Below, piece by piece: positions 1 to 11,370 of a stretch of DNA of 64,000 bases. Numbering within the stretch: position 1 is the stretch's first letter; each line of letters opens with the position of its first letter. The notes beneath the pieces were generated by a model. It did not search any database, was not told where the DNA came from, and saw only the letters and a list, made by a program, of their open reading frames with translations. Both the position numbers and the translations under genes were made by a program. This DNA is from Candidatus Krumholzibacteriia bacterium (GTDB taxonomy: Bacteria; Krumholzibacteriota; Krumholzibacteriia; JAJRXK01), in NCBI GenBank assembly GCA_029932915.1, contig JAOZPE010000003.1, positions 64,147-128,146 on the forward strand, in the 5' to 3' direction.

Positions 1-342
1 GGGCGCGGAAGACCTCTTCCTGTAGGGGCCGGGGAGAGAGATCGCGGTAGAAGTCGAGGCCGCACTCACCGATGGCCACGATCCTTCCCTCCGCCGCCAA
101 TCCCTCCAGGAGCTCGCGTCCCCCCTGCTCCCACACCCCCGCGTCATGGGGGTGGATGCCCGCCGCCACCCATTCGTCCACCCGCCCGGCGGCCTGGGCC
201 AGGGCGGCCTCGATCGACGCGGGGTCGTAGCCCACGTGCAGGAAGGCGCGAACGCCGGTGGCCGCGGCGCGGGCCCGTACCTCGTCGCGGTCGCGATCGA
301 ATTCGGGGCGTCCGAGGTGGAGGTGGCTGTCCAGCAGGGCAC

Positions 343-346
<4 letters not shown>
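1..346 (-). CDS. tatD: TatD-family metal-dependent hydrolase/DNase, truncated by the window edge (N-terminal ~115 aa present)
   Basis: Reverse-strand translation from the ATG at 346 reads MSALLDSHLHLGRPEFDRDRDEVRARAAATGVRAFLHVGYD..., which matches the TatD N-terminal DSHxHL metal-binding motif. ATGA overlap with the holB stop codon and holB-tatD synteny as in E. coli tmk-holB-ycfH. Absent from the ORF track because it runs off the window. Confidence 0.6.
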
Positions 347-1494
<1,148 letters not shown>

Positions 1495-1577
1495 GGGATG
1501 GATCCTTGGGAAGGGCGGCCCTGCTTCTCGGTGTCACTTCGGCGATGGAGGCGAGGCTCGCTCCGCCGCGAGCGGGC

Positions 1578-2798
1578 TCAGCGGGAGCCTCCACGCGATG
1601 AACGCACCAGCCAACGCGACGGGTTCACCGGTTCCTTGCCGTGACGGATCTCGAAGTAGAGCTGGTTCCCATCGAGGGAACCGGTATCGCCCACTTCGGC
1701 GATCACGTCGCCGGCCTGCACGGTCGCGCCCACGGCGGGGAAGATCTCCCGCGCGTGCGCGTAGAGGGTGTACCAGCCGTCGCCGTGGCTGAGGATAATG
1801 CACTTGCCATAGCCGGGCAACCAGTTGACGTAGTCGACGGCACCGGCGGCGACGGCGCGGATGGGAGCGCCCGCCGGCGCCGCGATGTTGATGCCCTTGT
1901 TCACCACGACGGTCTTGAAGCGAGGGTGCACGTTCCGGCCGAAGCGCTGGGTGACCCTGCCCTGCACCGGCCAGGGCAGCCGTCCTTTCAGCTGGGCGAA
2001 GCCGGTGGACGGGGCACCGCGATCCTCCAGACGCTTCTTCTCCAGCCGCGCGAGCAGATCCTCCAGGGCCTTGGCCGAGTGCTCCAGTTCCTTGACCGAA
2101 GCCTCCCAGCGGCTCCGTTGCCGGCGTACCGCCTGCAGACTCTTCTTTCGTTCCTCGGCCAGGACGGCGAGCCGCGTGTTCTGTTCGGCGAGCTGTGAAT
2201 GGTTGCGGTACACCTCGGAGAGGGTCGCGTCGAGCTCCTGACGGCGGCGGGCGAGCTCGGCGTGCTCGTCCTTGACCTTCTCCAGGTACGAGCGATCGGC
2301 ACGGGCCAGGGCGGTCATCGCCCGCACGCGGCGAGCCAGGCTCCTCATGTCGTCGGCGCCCTGGAGCCAGACGATGTCCGGCGTCCGGCCCCTCATGTAC
2401 ATGCTGCGCAGGCGGGCGGCCAGATGGGCGCGGCGGGCGGCCATGATCGAGTCGCTCGCCGCCAACTGGGCCTTCAGGGTCTCGACCCGGGCCTGCAGAT
2501 CGCGCTCTTCGTCCTCCAGCCGTTGCAACAGGCGCCGGGTGTCCTTCGCCTCCTGCTCGAGCGCCTGCAGACGGCGCAACTGCTGCTCTTCATCGTCGGC
2601 GAGCGAGGCGGCCCGCCGGCGCGATTCCTCGATCCGCGCGCGAAGCTCGGCCAGCTCGTGCTGACGCTGCTCATAGTCCCCGCCGGCGGAACCCTGGGCG
2701 AAGGAGACGGTCACTTCGCCAACCATCGCCGGAACGAGGGCGGCACCCAGGAGCAGCAGGCCGGTGGCCATGCGAATGAGGAGCGAGCGGCGGATCAT
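1578..2798 (-). CDS. envC: EnvC-like murein hydrolase activator: N-terminal coiled coil plus C-terminal M23/LytM peptidase-family domain
   Basis: Start reassigned to MIRRSLLIRMATGLLLLGAAL (signal/TM) at 2798. Long coiled-coil region rich in E/R/L/Q, then an M23-like C-terminus (GINIAAPAGAPIRAVAAGAV...ILSHGDGWYTLYAHA). Sits directly downstream of ftsEX as in many bacteria. The 772-aa ORF in the track extends the N-terminus through ftsX in another frame and is rejected. Confidence 0.7.
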   Translation of the reverse strand: MIRRSLLIRMATGLLLLGAALVPAMVGEVTVSFAQGSAGGDYEQRQHELAELRARIEESRRRAASLADDEEQQLRRLQALEQEAKDTRRLLQRLEDEERDLQARVETLKAQLAASDSIMAARRAHLAARLRSMYMRGRTPDIVWLQGADDMRSLARRVRAMTALARADRSYLEKVKDEHAELARRRQELDATLSEVYRNHSQLAEQNTRLAVLAEERKKSLQAVRRQRSRWEASVKELEHSAKALEDLLARLEKKRLEDRGAPSTGFAQLKGRLPWPVQGRVTQRFGRNVHPRFKTVVVNKGINIAAPAGAPIRAVAAGAVDYVNWLPGYGKCIILSHGDGWYTLYAHAREIFPAVGATVQAGDVIAEVGDTGSLDGNQLYFEIRHGKEPVNPSRWLVRSSRGGSR

Positions 2799-2803
2799 GG
2801 CGT

Positions 2804-3679
2804 TCAGATGCGGAGGTGACGCCGCAGGGCGGTGGCGCTGCCGACGGCTCCCAGCAGGGTGCTGAGAACGATGAAGCCCACGATCTGGCCGGGTCCGAAG
2901 AAGTAGACCCCGCCCACTTCGTTCTGCAGGACGCGGTGGGCGATCATGAGCAGACCCATGGCCAGGGCTCCGGCCAAAGCCCCCTGCAGAGCGCCGGACA
3001 GGAGGAAGGGCATCCGGATGAACCAGTTGGTCGCCCCCACCTGTTTCATGATGTCGATGCTGCGTGCGCGCTCCTCCACCGTCAATCGCACGGTGTTGGA
3101 GATGACGAAGATCGCCGAGATGAGCACCAGCAAGCCCACCACCAGGTCGACGATGACGAAGACCCGGCCGAGATGGTCGAGGTGGCGGATGAGATCGACC
3201 TGGGAGACGACCTCGTCGACGCCGGGGAAGCGTCCGATCACCCCCAACAGCTCCTCCATCCGGTCGGCGTCGTGGATGACGTCCTTGGCCAGGCGAATGC
3301 GGAAGGAGGCGGGCAGGGGATTCTCGTCGAGAACATCCAGGAGGGAGGCGTCCTCCCCCAGATCGCGGCGGAACTCCTCGATCGCCTGTTTCGGACTGAT
3401 GAAGTAGACCGCATCCACCCCGTCGAGGGAGAGCAGCTCCTGTTGCAGGTTCTGCCGCTGGCCCTCCTCCAGTCCCTCCTCGAGGAAGGCCTCGGCATCG
3501 ACGTTGCCGCGCAGCGACTGCAGGATGGCGTCCAGGTTGATGGTGATGATGCTGAACAGGGCGAGCATGAGCAGGGCCGACCCCATGATGAGAACGGCCA
3601 CGCTTCCACTGATCCGGCGGCGGGCCAGACCCAGGAACGCCTCCCTCACGAGATACCGCATCTGCGTGGCGCCGTACAT
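2804..3679 (-). CDS. ftsX: Cell division permease FtsX
   Basis: 291 aa; four predicted TM segments; periplasmic loop between TM1 and TM2; ATGA overlap with the ftsE stop codon. Confidence 0.85.
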   Translation of the reverse strand: MYGATQMRYLVREAFLGLARRRISGSVAVLIMGSALLMLALFSIITINLDAILQSLRGNVDAEAFLEEGLEEGQRQNLQQELLSLDGVDAVYFISPKQAIEEFRRDLGEDASLLDVLDENPLPASFRIRLAKDVIHDADRMEELLGVIGRFPGVDEVVSQVDLIRHLDHLGRVFVIVDLVVGLLVLISAIFVISNTVRLTVEERARSIDIMKQVGATNWFIRMPFLLSGALQGALAGALAMGLLMIAHRVLQNEVGGVYFFGPGQIVGFIVLSTLLGAVGSATALRRHLRI

Positions 3680-4632
3680 CAGCCTTCCTCCCCACCGTCG
3701 ACGTCGAGGACCGCGCGCTCCCAGCTCTCCGGCTGCCGCCGTTGCGCACCTTCTTCGTGGGGCCGGTAGGCCTTCTCCGCCACCGCCTTCTCCTTGCGCG
3801 AGACCTGCGGACGGTAACGCTGCACGTCGGCGGTGATCCGTCCCTCCTCGAGCTTGACCACCCGTTCGCCGTACTGGCGCACCATGATGTGATCATGGGT
3901 GCACATGATCACCGCCGTCCCCGCGTTGTTGATGCGGAACAGCAGGTCGATCACCTCCTGGCTCACCTCGGGATCGAGGTTGCCGGTGGGCTCGTCGGCC
4001 AACAGGATCTTCGGACTGTTGACGATGGCCCGGGCGATGGCGACACGCTGCTGCTCACCGCCGCTGAGGGTGATGACCTTCTGCTTGCGTTTGTGGTACA
4101 GCCCCACCCAGTTCAAGACCCGGGTGACGTTGCGCTTGATCTCGGCGCTGCCCACTCCCACCACCATCTGGGCGAAGGCGACGTTGTCGAAGACATCGCG
4201 GTCCTCGAGGAGACGGAAGTCCTGGAAGATCACGCCGATCTCACGCCGCAGCAGAGGGATGCGCGATCGCTTCATCCGGCTGGAGACGAAACGGCCGACG
4301 ATGACGCGGCCCTCGGTGGGGAACTCGTCCATGGTCAACAGACGGAGAAGGCTGCTCTTGCCCGCACCCGACGGCCCGACCACGAAGATGAACTCCCCGT
4401 TGGCCACCTGGAGGTTCACGTCGCGCAGGGCGTAGTGGTTCCCGTAGCGCAGATCGACGTGGTAGGCGGAGATGATCGTACGCGGATCCAGCGGCCCCTG
4501 CAGGGGGTCGAAGGTCGTCGGGGACGCGCCCGCCGCCGTGCGGTCCGGATCAGGAACTCGATTCATGGGCTTCTGTCGTCTCGGGGATGGGTGACCCCGG
4601 GCAGTCTTGCAACAAGAAGGCCACCGGTTCAC
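3679..4632 (-). CDS. ftsE: Cell division ATP-binding protein FtsE (ABC ATPase) with an N-terminal extension
   Basis: Walker A GPSGAGKSS, ABC signature LSGGEQQR, Walker B ILLADEPT, H-loop CTHD. The 4632 start overlaps the upstream surA-like stop by ATGA. The alternative start MNRVPDPDR at 4566 still leaves roughly 40-65 aa before the conserved core. Confidence 0.85.
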   Translation of the reverse strand: MNRWPSCCKTARGHPSPRRQKPMNRVPDPDRTAAGASPTTFDPLQGPLDPRTIISAYHVDLRYGNHYALRDVNLQVANGEFIFVVGPSGAGKSSLLRLLTMDEFPTEGRVIVGRFVSSRMKRSRIPLLRREIGVIFQDFRLLEDRDVFDNVAFAQMVVGVGSAEIKRNVTRVLNWVGLYHKRKQKVITLSGGEQQRVAIARAIVNSPKILLADEPTGNLDPEVSQEVIDLLFRINNAGTAVIMCTHDHIMVRQYGERVVKLEEGRITADVQRYRPQVSRKEKAVAEKAYRPHEEGAQRRQPESWERAVLDVDGGEEG

Positions 4633-5951
4633 GCCTTGATGTCGATATAGAACTTCTCTCGCAGACCCTGGAGGAATTTGTCCAGCTCGGCCTGGATCTT
4701 CTGATCCTCCACCATGGCACGCAGCTGGTCGTGGATCTCCTCGTAGGACTTCCGCTGCGGAGGAATCCGCTCATCGAGGCGAAGCACGAAGTATCCCGCC
4801 GTTCCCTTCACCGGAGGAGCCACCTCCCCGGGCTGGAGTCCCTTCAGGGCCCGCCGGAACTCGGGGGTGAGCTTCTCCTCGGGAAAGGTCCCCAGTTTCC
4901 CGCCGTTGTCGCGGCTGGCCGGATCATCCGAATACTTCTCGACCAGCTTGGCGAAATCCTGGCCTGCCCGGGCCTCCTCGTACACCTTCTGGGCCCGGAG
5001 ACGGGCCCGCTCCCAGTCATCGGCGGTGATGGTGACCCGCAGGAGGATCTGGCGAAGGGTCACCTCCTCGTCGGTGCGCGCGGTCACCTGCACCAGATGC
5101 ACTCCCAGCTCCGTGCTCACCGGATCGGAGACCTTCCCCACCGGCAGCGACCAGGCGAGTTCCTCCAGGGCGGGATTGAAGAGATCGCCCCGGGCGAAGG
5201 AGCCCACCAAGCCACCCCGTTTCGCGTTGGGCCCCTCGGAGAAACGCTCGGCGACCTTGCCGAAGTCCTCGCCGGCGGCCAGGGCCTTCTCGATGGCGGC
5301 GATCTTCTCCTGCAATGCCTTCTGCGCGCCGGGCTCCGGCTGGGGAACGACCAGGATGTTGGAGACGCTCACCGACGCCGGGGTGCGGGGAATCTCGTCG
5401 ATGTGTTCCTCGTAGAAGGCACGCACTTCGTCCTCGCGCACCTCGATGAGAGGGCGGATGTGCATGGAGATCATCCGATTGGTGTAGAGCCGATTGCGGA
5501 TGAGATCGCGGTTGCGGGCCTTCAGATCGTCGAAGGTCATGCCGTTGCGGGCGAGTTCCTTCATCAGTTCGGCCTTGGTGCCGAAACGCGAGATCACCTC
5601 GTCGAGCGAACGGGCCACCGCCTGGTCGATCTCGTCGTCGGTGACCTCGATCTCGTCCAGCTTGGCCTGGGCCACCAGCAACTTCACCTCGATGAGACGA
5701 TCGAGCATCTTGCGCCGGATCGTCGCGTCGTCCTCGGTCACGGGCTGGCCACTCTGGCTCTGTTCGAACTTGTACGACTCCACCTCGCGATCGAGATCGC
5801 TCTGGAGGATGGACTCATCGTCCACGACCGCGACGACGCGATCGACCAGCTCGGGACCCTGGGCCGAAGCGCGGGAGAGCCCCCCCAGGAAGAGGGAGAG
5901 CCCCACGACGATCGCCGAAGCCCACGCCCAGCTCGCAGGACGCTGGGTCAT
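4629..5951 (-). CDS. SurA-like periplasmic chaperone/peptidyl-prolyl isomerase (two parvulin-type PPIase domains)
   Basis: Start reassigned to MTQRPASWAWASAIVVGLSLFLGGLSRASAQ (signal peptide) at 5951. SurA N-terminal chaperone region followed by two parvulin-like segments (GGLVGSFARGDLF..., GGKLGTFPEEKL...). Confidence 0.7.
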   Translation of the reverse strand: MTQRPASWAWASAIVVGLSLFLGGLSRASAQGPELVDRVVAVVDDESILQSDLDREVESYKFEQSQSGQPVTEDDATIRRKMLDRLIEVKLLVAQAKLDEIEVTDDEIDQAVARSLDEVISRFGTKAELMKELARNGMTFDDLKARNRDLIRNRLYTNRMISMHIRPLIEVREDEVRAFYEEHIDEIPRTPASVSVSNILVVPQPEPGAQKALQEKIAAIEKALAAGEDFGKVAERFSEGPNAKRGGLVGSFARGDLFNPALEELAWSLPVGKVSDPVSTELGVHLVQVTARTDEEVTLRQILLRVTITADDWERARLRAQKVYEEARAGQDFAKLVEKYSDDPASRDNGGKLGTFPEEKLTPEFRRALKGLQPGEVAPPVKGTAGYFVLRLDERIPPQRKSYEEIHDQLRAMVEDQKIQAELDKFLQGLREKFYIDIKA

Positions 5952-7750
5952 CGGGTCGCGGCCCCCCCGGCGGCCGGCTTCCCCTGCGCCCGCTTCTCCT
6001 GTGTCTGGGGCTGGTAGACGGCGAGGCGGAGGTTCTTCGGATAGGTCTTGATCTCGATCTCGTTGCGCCACTCCTTCATTTTCTCCTGAAAGAGCTTCTC
6101 GGAGATCTGCTTCTCCACCGCCGTCTTCACCTTCACGCTGACTTCCGGCAGATCGGGTTGCACGGAAGGATGGATGGTCTCCAGCCGGCCGATCCCCCAC
6201 GCCCCGTTCTCCAGGCGCTGGGGTTCACACACCTCACCTTCCTTCTCCTGCGCCCACAACAGGGGGGTGAAGAGCTGCTCGTTCTTCTCCCCCACCGGAC
6301 CGAAGTGGGCATCGCCGCCCTTGGGCATCAGCTCGGCATCGGCGAAGTCCTTCACCAATTTGTCCCACGAGTGCTTCCCGCTGCGGGCCCGTTCATAGGC
6401 CTGGGCCACGGCAGCCGAATCGCGGCTGACCAGGATCATGCCCTCACGGGTCTCCGGCTCCCAGTACTTCTCCTTGTTCTGTTCCCAGTACGCTTCGATG
6501 TCCTCCTCGGTGGGATTCACGTCGGCCGAGATGAGCTGTTTGTGCAGTGTCGTGATCATCGCCTGCTGCTTGCGCTCGCGTACCTCGTCGAGCACCTCGG
6601 GACGATCGAAGTAACCGCGCGCGCGGGCCTCGATGGGCATGAGCTGGCGGACCGCGATCTCCTTGAGGTGACGGCGCAACCCTCCGAGACGGTTCTCCCG
6701 GCGCGGCCGGCCCAGCCAGGGGGTCGCCTCGTAGTAGTCATAGAAACGCCGCAGATCCCAGACCTCCCCTTCCTCGCCCTCGGCGCCGTCCCAGCTCATG
6801 AGCACCTTGTCCATGTCCGCGGGCTTGATGTCCAGATGACCCCACTCCTCCTTCGGGGGGACCGGCACGAGTTCACGGTCCTCGGGAAGCGCGTCGTAGG
6901 CGATCTGCAGGACGTCCTCGTCCATGTGGAAATGGTACTTGTCGAGAACCTCGTTGATCTTCTCCACTGTCTTCAACGCCACGTCGCGTTCGTGGATGCT
7001 CTGGACGATCTTGTCCTCCAGCTCCTCGAAGGGCGGAACCTTGCGATCGACGGATTCCCCGTCGAGGCGGATGAGGAAGTAGCCGTAGACGCTCTCGATG
7101 GGCTGGCTGATCTCCCCCACCTGCAATTCGAAGATCGGTTTCTCGACATCGTCGACGATGGTCCCGTAGTGCAACTGCATGGTCCAGTTGTTGGTCGGAC
7201 CGGGATCGCCGGCGTTCATGCGAGCCGCCACATCGGTCCACTTCTCACCGCCTTCCACCAGCTTCCGCGCCTCCTCGGCTTCTTCGCGGTGATCGAACAA
7301 CATGTAGGAGATCTGGAGCACCCGTTTGAGATTCTGGTAGTACTCCTGCGCCTCCTCGGTGGGAATGAAGGAGAGGTCCTTCACCATGTCGTCCTTCATG
7401 AGCTTGACGGCCTTGAACTGGGCCAGTTGCTGCGCGGCGTCTTCGATCGCCTTGTCGCTCCCGTAGCCGAGCTGCTCGGCCTTGATGGCCATCACTTCCT
7501 TGTCGATCATCGTCTCCAGGAGTTTCTGCTTGCCTTCGAAGGTGGCGATGTCGGGGGGAAGATCCTCCGGTTTCATCGAGTTCATCTTCCGTTCGAAGTA
7601 GTCGAGCGTGATCGTGTGGTCGCCGACCTTCGCCACCGGAATCCTGCTCTTGTCCTTCTGGCCGCAGCCTGCGGCCAACAACACGAGCAGGATCACGAGG
7701 AAGGAGCGGTTGCGAATCGGCAGGAAGGTTCTCAGATCGAGCGAAGGCAT
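5948..7750 (-). CDS. PpiD/SurA-family periplasmic chaperone lipoprotein (parvulin-type domain)
   Basis: Start reassigned to MPSLDLRTFLPIRNRSFLVILLVLLAAGCGQ (lipobox LAAGC) at 7750. SurA_N-like region and a parvulin-like segment (ISQPIESVYGYFLIRL). 4-nt overlap with the downstream surA-like gene. Confidence 0.65.
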   Translation of the reverse strand: MPSLDLRTFLPIRNRSFLVILLVLLAAGCGQKDKSRIPVAKVGDHTITLDYFERKMNSMKPEDLPPDIATFEGKQKLLETMIDKEVMAIKAEQLGYGSDKAIEDAAQQLAQFKAVKLMKDDMVKDLSFIPTEEAQEYYQNLKRVLQISYMLFDHREEAEEARKLVEGGEKWTDVAARMNAGDPGPTNNWTMQLHYGTIVDDVEKPIFELQVGEISQPIESVYGYFLIRLDGESVDRKVPPFEELEDKIVQSIHERDVALKTVEKINEVLDKYHFHMDEDVLQIAYDALPEDRELVPVPPKEEWGHLDIKPADMDKVLMSWDGAEGEEGEVWDLRRFYDYYEATPWLGRPRRENRLGGLRRHLKEIAVRQLMPIEARARGYFDRPEVLDEVRERKQQAMITTLHKQLISADVNPTEEDIEAYWEQNKEKYWEPETREGMILVSRDSAAVAQAYERARSGKHSWDKLVKDFADAELMPKGGDAHFGPVGEKNEQLFTPLLWAQEKEGEVCEPQRLENGAWGIGRLETIHPSVQPDLPEVSVKVKTAVEKQISEKLFQEKMKEWRNEIEIKTYPKNLRLAVYQPQTQEKRAQGKPAAGGAATR

Positions 7751-7826
7751 CGTTTCTCCTCGGGGAAACTCCACTGGGAGTGGCTTGGCGGGTGGGGAAC
7801 ATCCCCGCCCGCGGGGATCGATTCGG

Positions 7827-10800
7827 TCATTCGGTCGTGGACCCGGCCCTCCGCCGCGCATCGGCCAGGCGCCCGAGCACGACCAGGCACGCGGTGATCC
7901 ACTCTTCGCGGGGAACCTCGATGGTCATCACCAGACGGTCCACCGCGTTGAACGCCAGGCGGGGAAGCCCGGTTCCCGCCAGACCTTGCAGGATAGTGGC
8001 GTCCGGCTGCCTGTCGCCAGTGAAAATCATCCGGACCCCCTTGCGGCTCCAGCGGATGTCCTCGATTCCGCAGACGAGGGCCCTCAGCTTGATCCGGGTG
8101 ATATCCACCAGATTGCGGGCCACAGGCGGCAGGGGGCCGAAACGGTCCCGCAGCTCCTCGGCCAGGCGGTCCAGCTCCTCCTCGCTGCCCACCCGACCCA
8201 GCTCGCGGTACCAGCGGATCTTCTCCTCGGGCTCGCTGAGGTACTCGTCGGGCAGGTAACTGGCCACCCGCAGATCCACCTTGATGTCGTGCAATCGGGG
8301 CAGGCCCTCGCCCTTGAGGTCGCGGATCTCCTCCTCGAGCAACTTGCAGTACAGGTCGAAGCCGATGGTGGCGATGTGTCCGTGCTGGGCCTCGCCCAGG
8401 ATGTTGCCGGCACCGCGGATCTCCAGATCGCGCATCGCGATGTGATACCCGCTGCCCAGATCGGTGAACTCCTGGATGGCCCGCAGGCGCCGCCGGGCGT
8501 CCGGGGCGATGGCCTGTCCGGGAGGGGTCATCAGGTGGGCGTAGGCCCGATGCCGGCTGCGGCCCACGCGTCCGCGAAGCTGATACAACTGACTGAGCCC
8601 GAGGCGGTCGGCGCGGTCGATGAGGATGGTGTTGACGTTGGGCATGTCCAGACCGCTCTCGATGATCATCGTCGTCACCAGCACGTCGTACTTCTGGTGG
8701 ACGAAGTCGCGCATGATGCTCTCCAGTTGCGATTCCTTCATCTGCCCGTGCGCAACCGCCACCCGCGCCGACGGGACGATGCGGGTGACGATCTTCGCCA
8801 TGGTGTCGATGGTCTCCACCCGGTTGTGCACGAAGAACACCTGACCGCCACGGTGCATCTCCCGCAGGATCGCCTCGGCGATCACGTCCTCGCTGTAGGG
8901 GATGACCTCGGTGTGGATGGGGAGCCGGTCACGGGGAGGCGTGGCGATGATGGACATGTCCCGGGCGCCCATCAGCGACAGGTAGAGGGTACGGGGAATC
9001 GGCGTCGCCGACATCGCCAGCACGTCCACCTGCTTGCGCATCTCCTTCAGACGCTCCTTGTGCCGCACCCCGAAGCGCTGTTCCTCGTCGACGACCAGCA
9101 GGCCCAGGCGGGCGAACTCGACATCCCTTCCCAACAGACGGTGTGTCCCCACGAGGATGTCCACCTCGCCCGCCTTGAGACGGCGCAGGATCTCGCGCTG
9201 TTCCTTGGCGCTCTTGAAGCGGCTCAACACCTCCACGGTGATGGGATATTCCCGCAGCCGCTGGGAGAAGGTCTCCCCGTGCTGCTCGGCCAGGATGGTC
9301 GTCGGACACAGCACCGCCACCTGCCGGTGGTCCATCACCGCCTTGAACGCGGCCCGGATGGCCACCTCGGTCTTGCCGAAACCGACGTCACCGCAGATCA
9401 GGCGGTCCATGGGTCGGGGGCTCTCCATGTCGCGTTTGACGTCCTGCACCGCAGTGAGCTGATCGGGCGTCTCCTCGTGGAGGAAGGAGGCCTCCATCTC
9501 GCGCTGCAGGTGGGTGTCCTCAGCGAAGGCATGACCGGGCAGCGATGCGCGGGCCGCGTACAACGAGAGCAGCTCCTGGGCCATCGCGCGGATCGCCTTG
9601 CGGGCGCGGTTGCGGGTGCGCTCCCACTGGTGTCCACCCAGCTTGTGCAGTTCGGGCTCGCCGCTGTCGGCCACCTCGTAGCGCTCGACCAGCTGCAGTT
9701 TCTCGGTGGGAAGGTAGAGCCGGTCGCCCCCGGCGTATTCGAGCAGCAGATACTCGTTCTCCACGCCTTCGGCGGTGATCTTGCGCAGGCCCAGGAAGCG
9801 GCCGATCCCATGGTCGCTGTGCACCACGAAGTCGCCGGGGCGCAGGGCCTTCGGATCACCGACCTTGCGGCCGCCGAAGGAGCGGCGCCGGCGTTGCGGA
9901 CGGCGGTAGCGATCGAAGAGTTCGTGGTCGGTGAGACAGGCCAGCGAAGCCCCTGGCCACAGGAAGCCGCCGTGCAGCACACCGATCCGCAGATGGGGAT
10001 GGACGGAGTGGGGATCGGCCTCGTCGAAGAGTTCGGCCAGGCGGTCGCGCTGCCCCGCATTGGCGCAGAACAGATGGACCTCCATTCCCTCCTCCCGCCA
10101 GGTGGTGGCATCGCGAAGGAAGGCCTCCACATCGCCGCGGCCCCGTGCCTGCGCACGGGTCTCCACCTGGATGGGATGCAGCTCCGCCGGAGGGGCGAGC
10201 GGAGCCTCGCCGGCGCCGGGCAGGACCATCTCCCCCAGCCAGAGGCGGCCGTGGCCGGCGGACAGGCGATCGAGCTCGTCCAGGGGCGTCATCAGTTCCT
10301 CGGGAAGGGGAACCGGATCACCCCGGCGCAGACGGTCGTCGCGCACGCGCCGGGTCTCCACGTCGAGTTCCTCGTTGCGCCGCACCAGCTCGTCGGGGGA
10401 CACCAGGGCCACCACCGCGTCCTCGCGCAGATAGGACAGAAGGTTGGCCTGCTCGTGGAAGAAGGGAGCCAGGCCTTCGAGTCCCTGGAAGTGCAGGCGG
10501 TCCTGCAGGCGCTCGATGAGATGGGTACGGTCGTCCTCGGAGAATTCCTTCATCGACTCCACCCGTGCCATCGCCGTCAACAGGGTATCGTCGTCCATCA
10601 CCACCGGTCCGGCGGGCAGGATGAGGGCCTCTTCCCGTTCCTCGCGCGAACGTTGGTCGATGGGCTCGAAACCGCGGATGCTCTCGAGTTCGTCGCCGAA
10701 GAATTCCAGCCGCAGGGGCAGCTCGTGGGCCGGGCTGTAGACGTCGATGATGCCGCCCCGCAGCGCCATGTCCCCCGGGAGCTCCACCAGACCCGCCGGG

Positions 10801-11300
10801 TGATAGCCCAAGGTAGCCAGCTTCTCCTGGAGCCAGTCGGTGTCCACCCTCTGGCCCTTGCGCAGCACCAGGCGGTGGCGGCGCAGGACCTCGCGGGCCA
10901 TCACCCGATGGCGCAGACCGTACAGGGTGGTGACGAAGAAACCGCTTCGCCCCTCGTCGAGGGCCTGCAGACCGGCCTGGATCTCGGCCAGGATCTCCCG
11001 GGTGGGCGAGCGGCGATCGAAGGGCAGGATCTCCAGCTCGGGCAGGTAGTGCACCTCCGCCGCGCCGAGGGTCTCCAGGTCGCCCACGATGGCCTCGGCC
11101 TCGGCCAGTCCCGCCGCCACCACCAGCCACTGGGTCGGATGCCGCTCGGCCAGGGTGGACAGGAGCAGGGAGACCGCGCTGCCGGCCAGGCCGGAGACGG
11201 CGGCCCGCAGGCCGGAGGAGACGCCCGCCTCGCCGTCCAGAGCGGACAGGGCCGGGTCCCCCCACACGGATCGAAGATCGACGGAATCGGCGGCAGTCAT
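7827..11300 (-). CDS. mfd: Transcription-repair coupling factor Mfd
   Basis: About 1157 aa from MTAADSVDL at 11300. UvrB-homology N-terminal region, RNAP-interacting domain, superfamily-2 helicase motifs (GDVGFGKTEVA Walker A; VVDEEQRFG DExx box; TATPIPRT) and a C-terminal TRCF domain. The 1252-aa ORF start in the track is a GC-driven upstream extension. Confidence 0.9.
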   Translation of the reverse strand: MTAADSVDLRSVWGDPALSALDGEAGVSSGLRAAVSGLAGSAVSLLLSTLAERHPTQWLVVAAGLAEAEAIVGDLETLGAAEVHYLPELEILPFDRRSPTREILAEIQAGLQALDEGRSGFFVTTLYGLRHRVMAREVLRRHRLVLRKGQRVDTDWLQEKLATLGYHPAGLVELPGDMALRGGIIDVYSPAHELPLRLEFFGDELESIRGFEPIDQRSREEREEALILPAGPVVMDDDTLLTAMARVESMKEFSEDDRTHLIERLQDRLHFQGLEGLAPFFHEQANLLSYLREDAVVALVSPDELVRRNEELDVETRRVRDDRLRRGDPVPLPEELMTPLDELDRLSAGHGRLWLGEMVLPGAGEAPLAPPAELHPIQVETRAQARGRGDVEAFLRDATTWREEGMEVHLFCANAGQRDRLAELFDEADPHSVHPHLRIGVLHGGFLWPGASLACLTDHELFDRYRRPQRRRRSFGGRKVGDPKALRPGDFVVHSDHGIGRFLGLRKITAEGVENEYLLLEYAGGDRLYLPTEKLQLVERYEVADSGEPELHKLGGHQWERTRNRARKAIRAMAQELLSLYAARASLPGHAFAEDTHLQREMEASFLHEETPDQLTAVQDVKRDMESPRPMDRLICGDVGFGKTEVAIRAAFKAVMDHRQVAVLCPTTILAEQHGETFSQRLREYPITVEVLSRFKSAKEQREILRRLKAGEVDILVGTHRLLGRDVEFARLGLLVVDEEQRFGVRHKERLKEMRKQVDVLAMSATPIPRTLYLSLMGARDMSIIATPPRDRLPIHTEVIPYSEDVIAEAILREMHRGGQVFFVHNRVETIDTMAKIVTRIVPSARVAVAHGQMKESQLESIMRDFVHQKYDVLVTTMIIESGLDMPNVNTILIDRADRLGLSQLYQLRGRVGRSRHRAYAHLMTPPGQAIAPDARRRLRAIQEFTDLGSGYHIAMRDLEIRGAGNILGEAQHGHIATIGFDLYCKLLEEEIRDLKGEGLPRLHDIKVDLRVASYLPDEYLSEPEEKIRWYRELGRVGSEEELDRLAEELRDRFGPLPPVARNLVDITRIKLRALVCGIEDIRWSRKGVRMIFTGDRQPDATILQGLAGTGLPRLAFNAVDRLVMTIEVPREEWITACLVVLGRLADARRRAGSTTE

Positions 11301-11370
11301 GGCCGGCACAAGGTAGACCACGGCCCGGGGCAATGCGACCCGGCTCTTCCCGAAGTGGAATGCGGGATCC

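Noticed and set aside
1578-3896. 772-aa ORF suggested by the track for the EnvC-like gene
   Set aside because: The N-terminal ~366 aa overlap ftsX in another frame and are low-complexity R/G/P-rich. The real protein starts at MIRRSLL (2798) with a signal/TM followed by coiled coil plus M23 domain.
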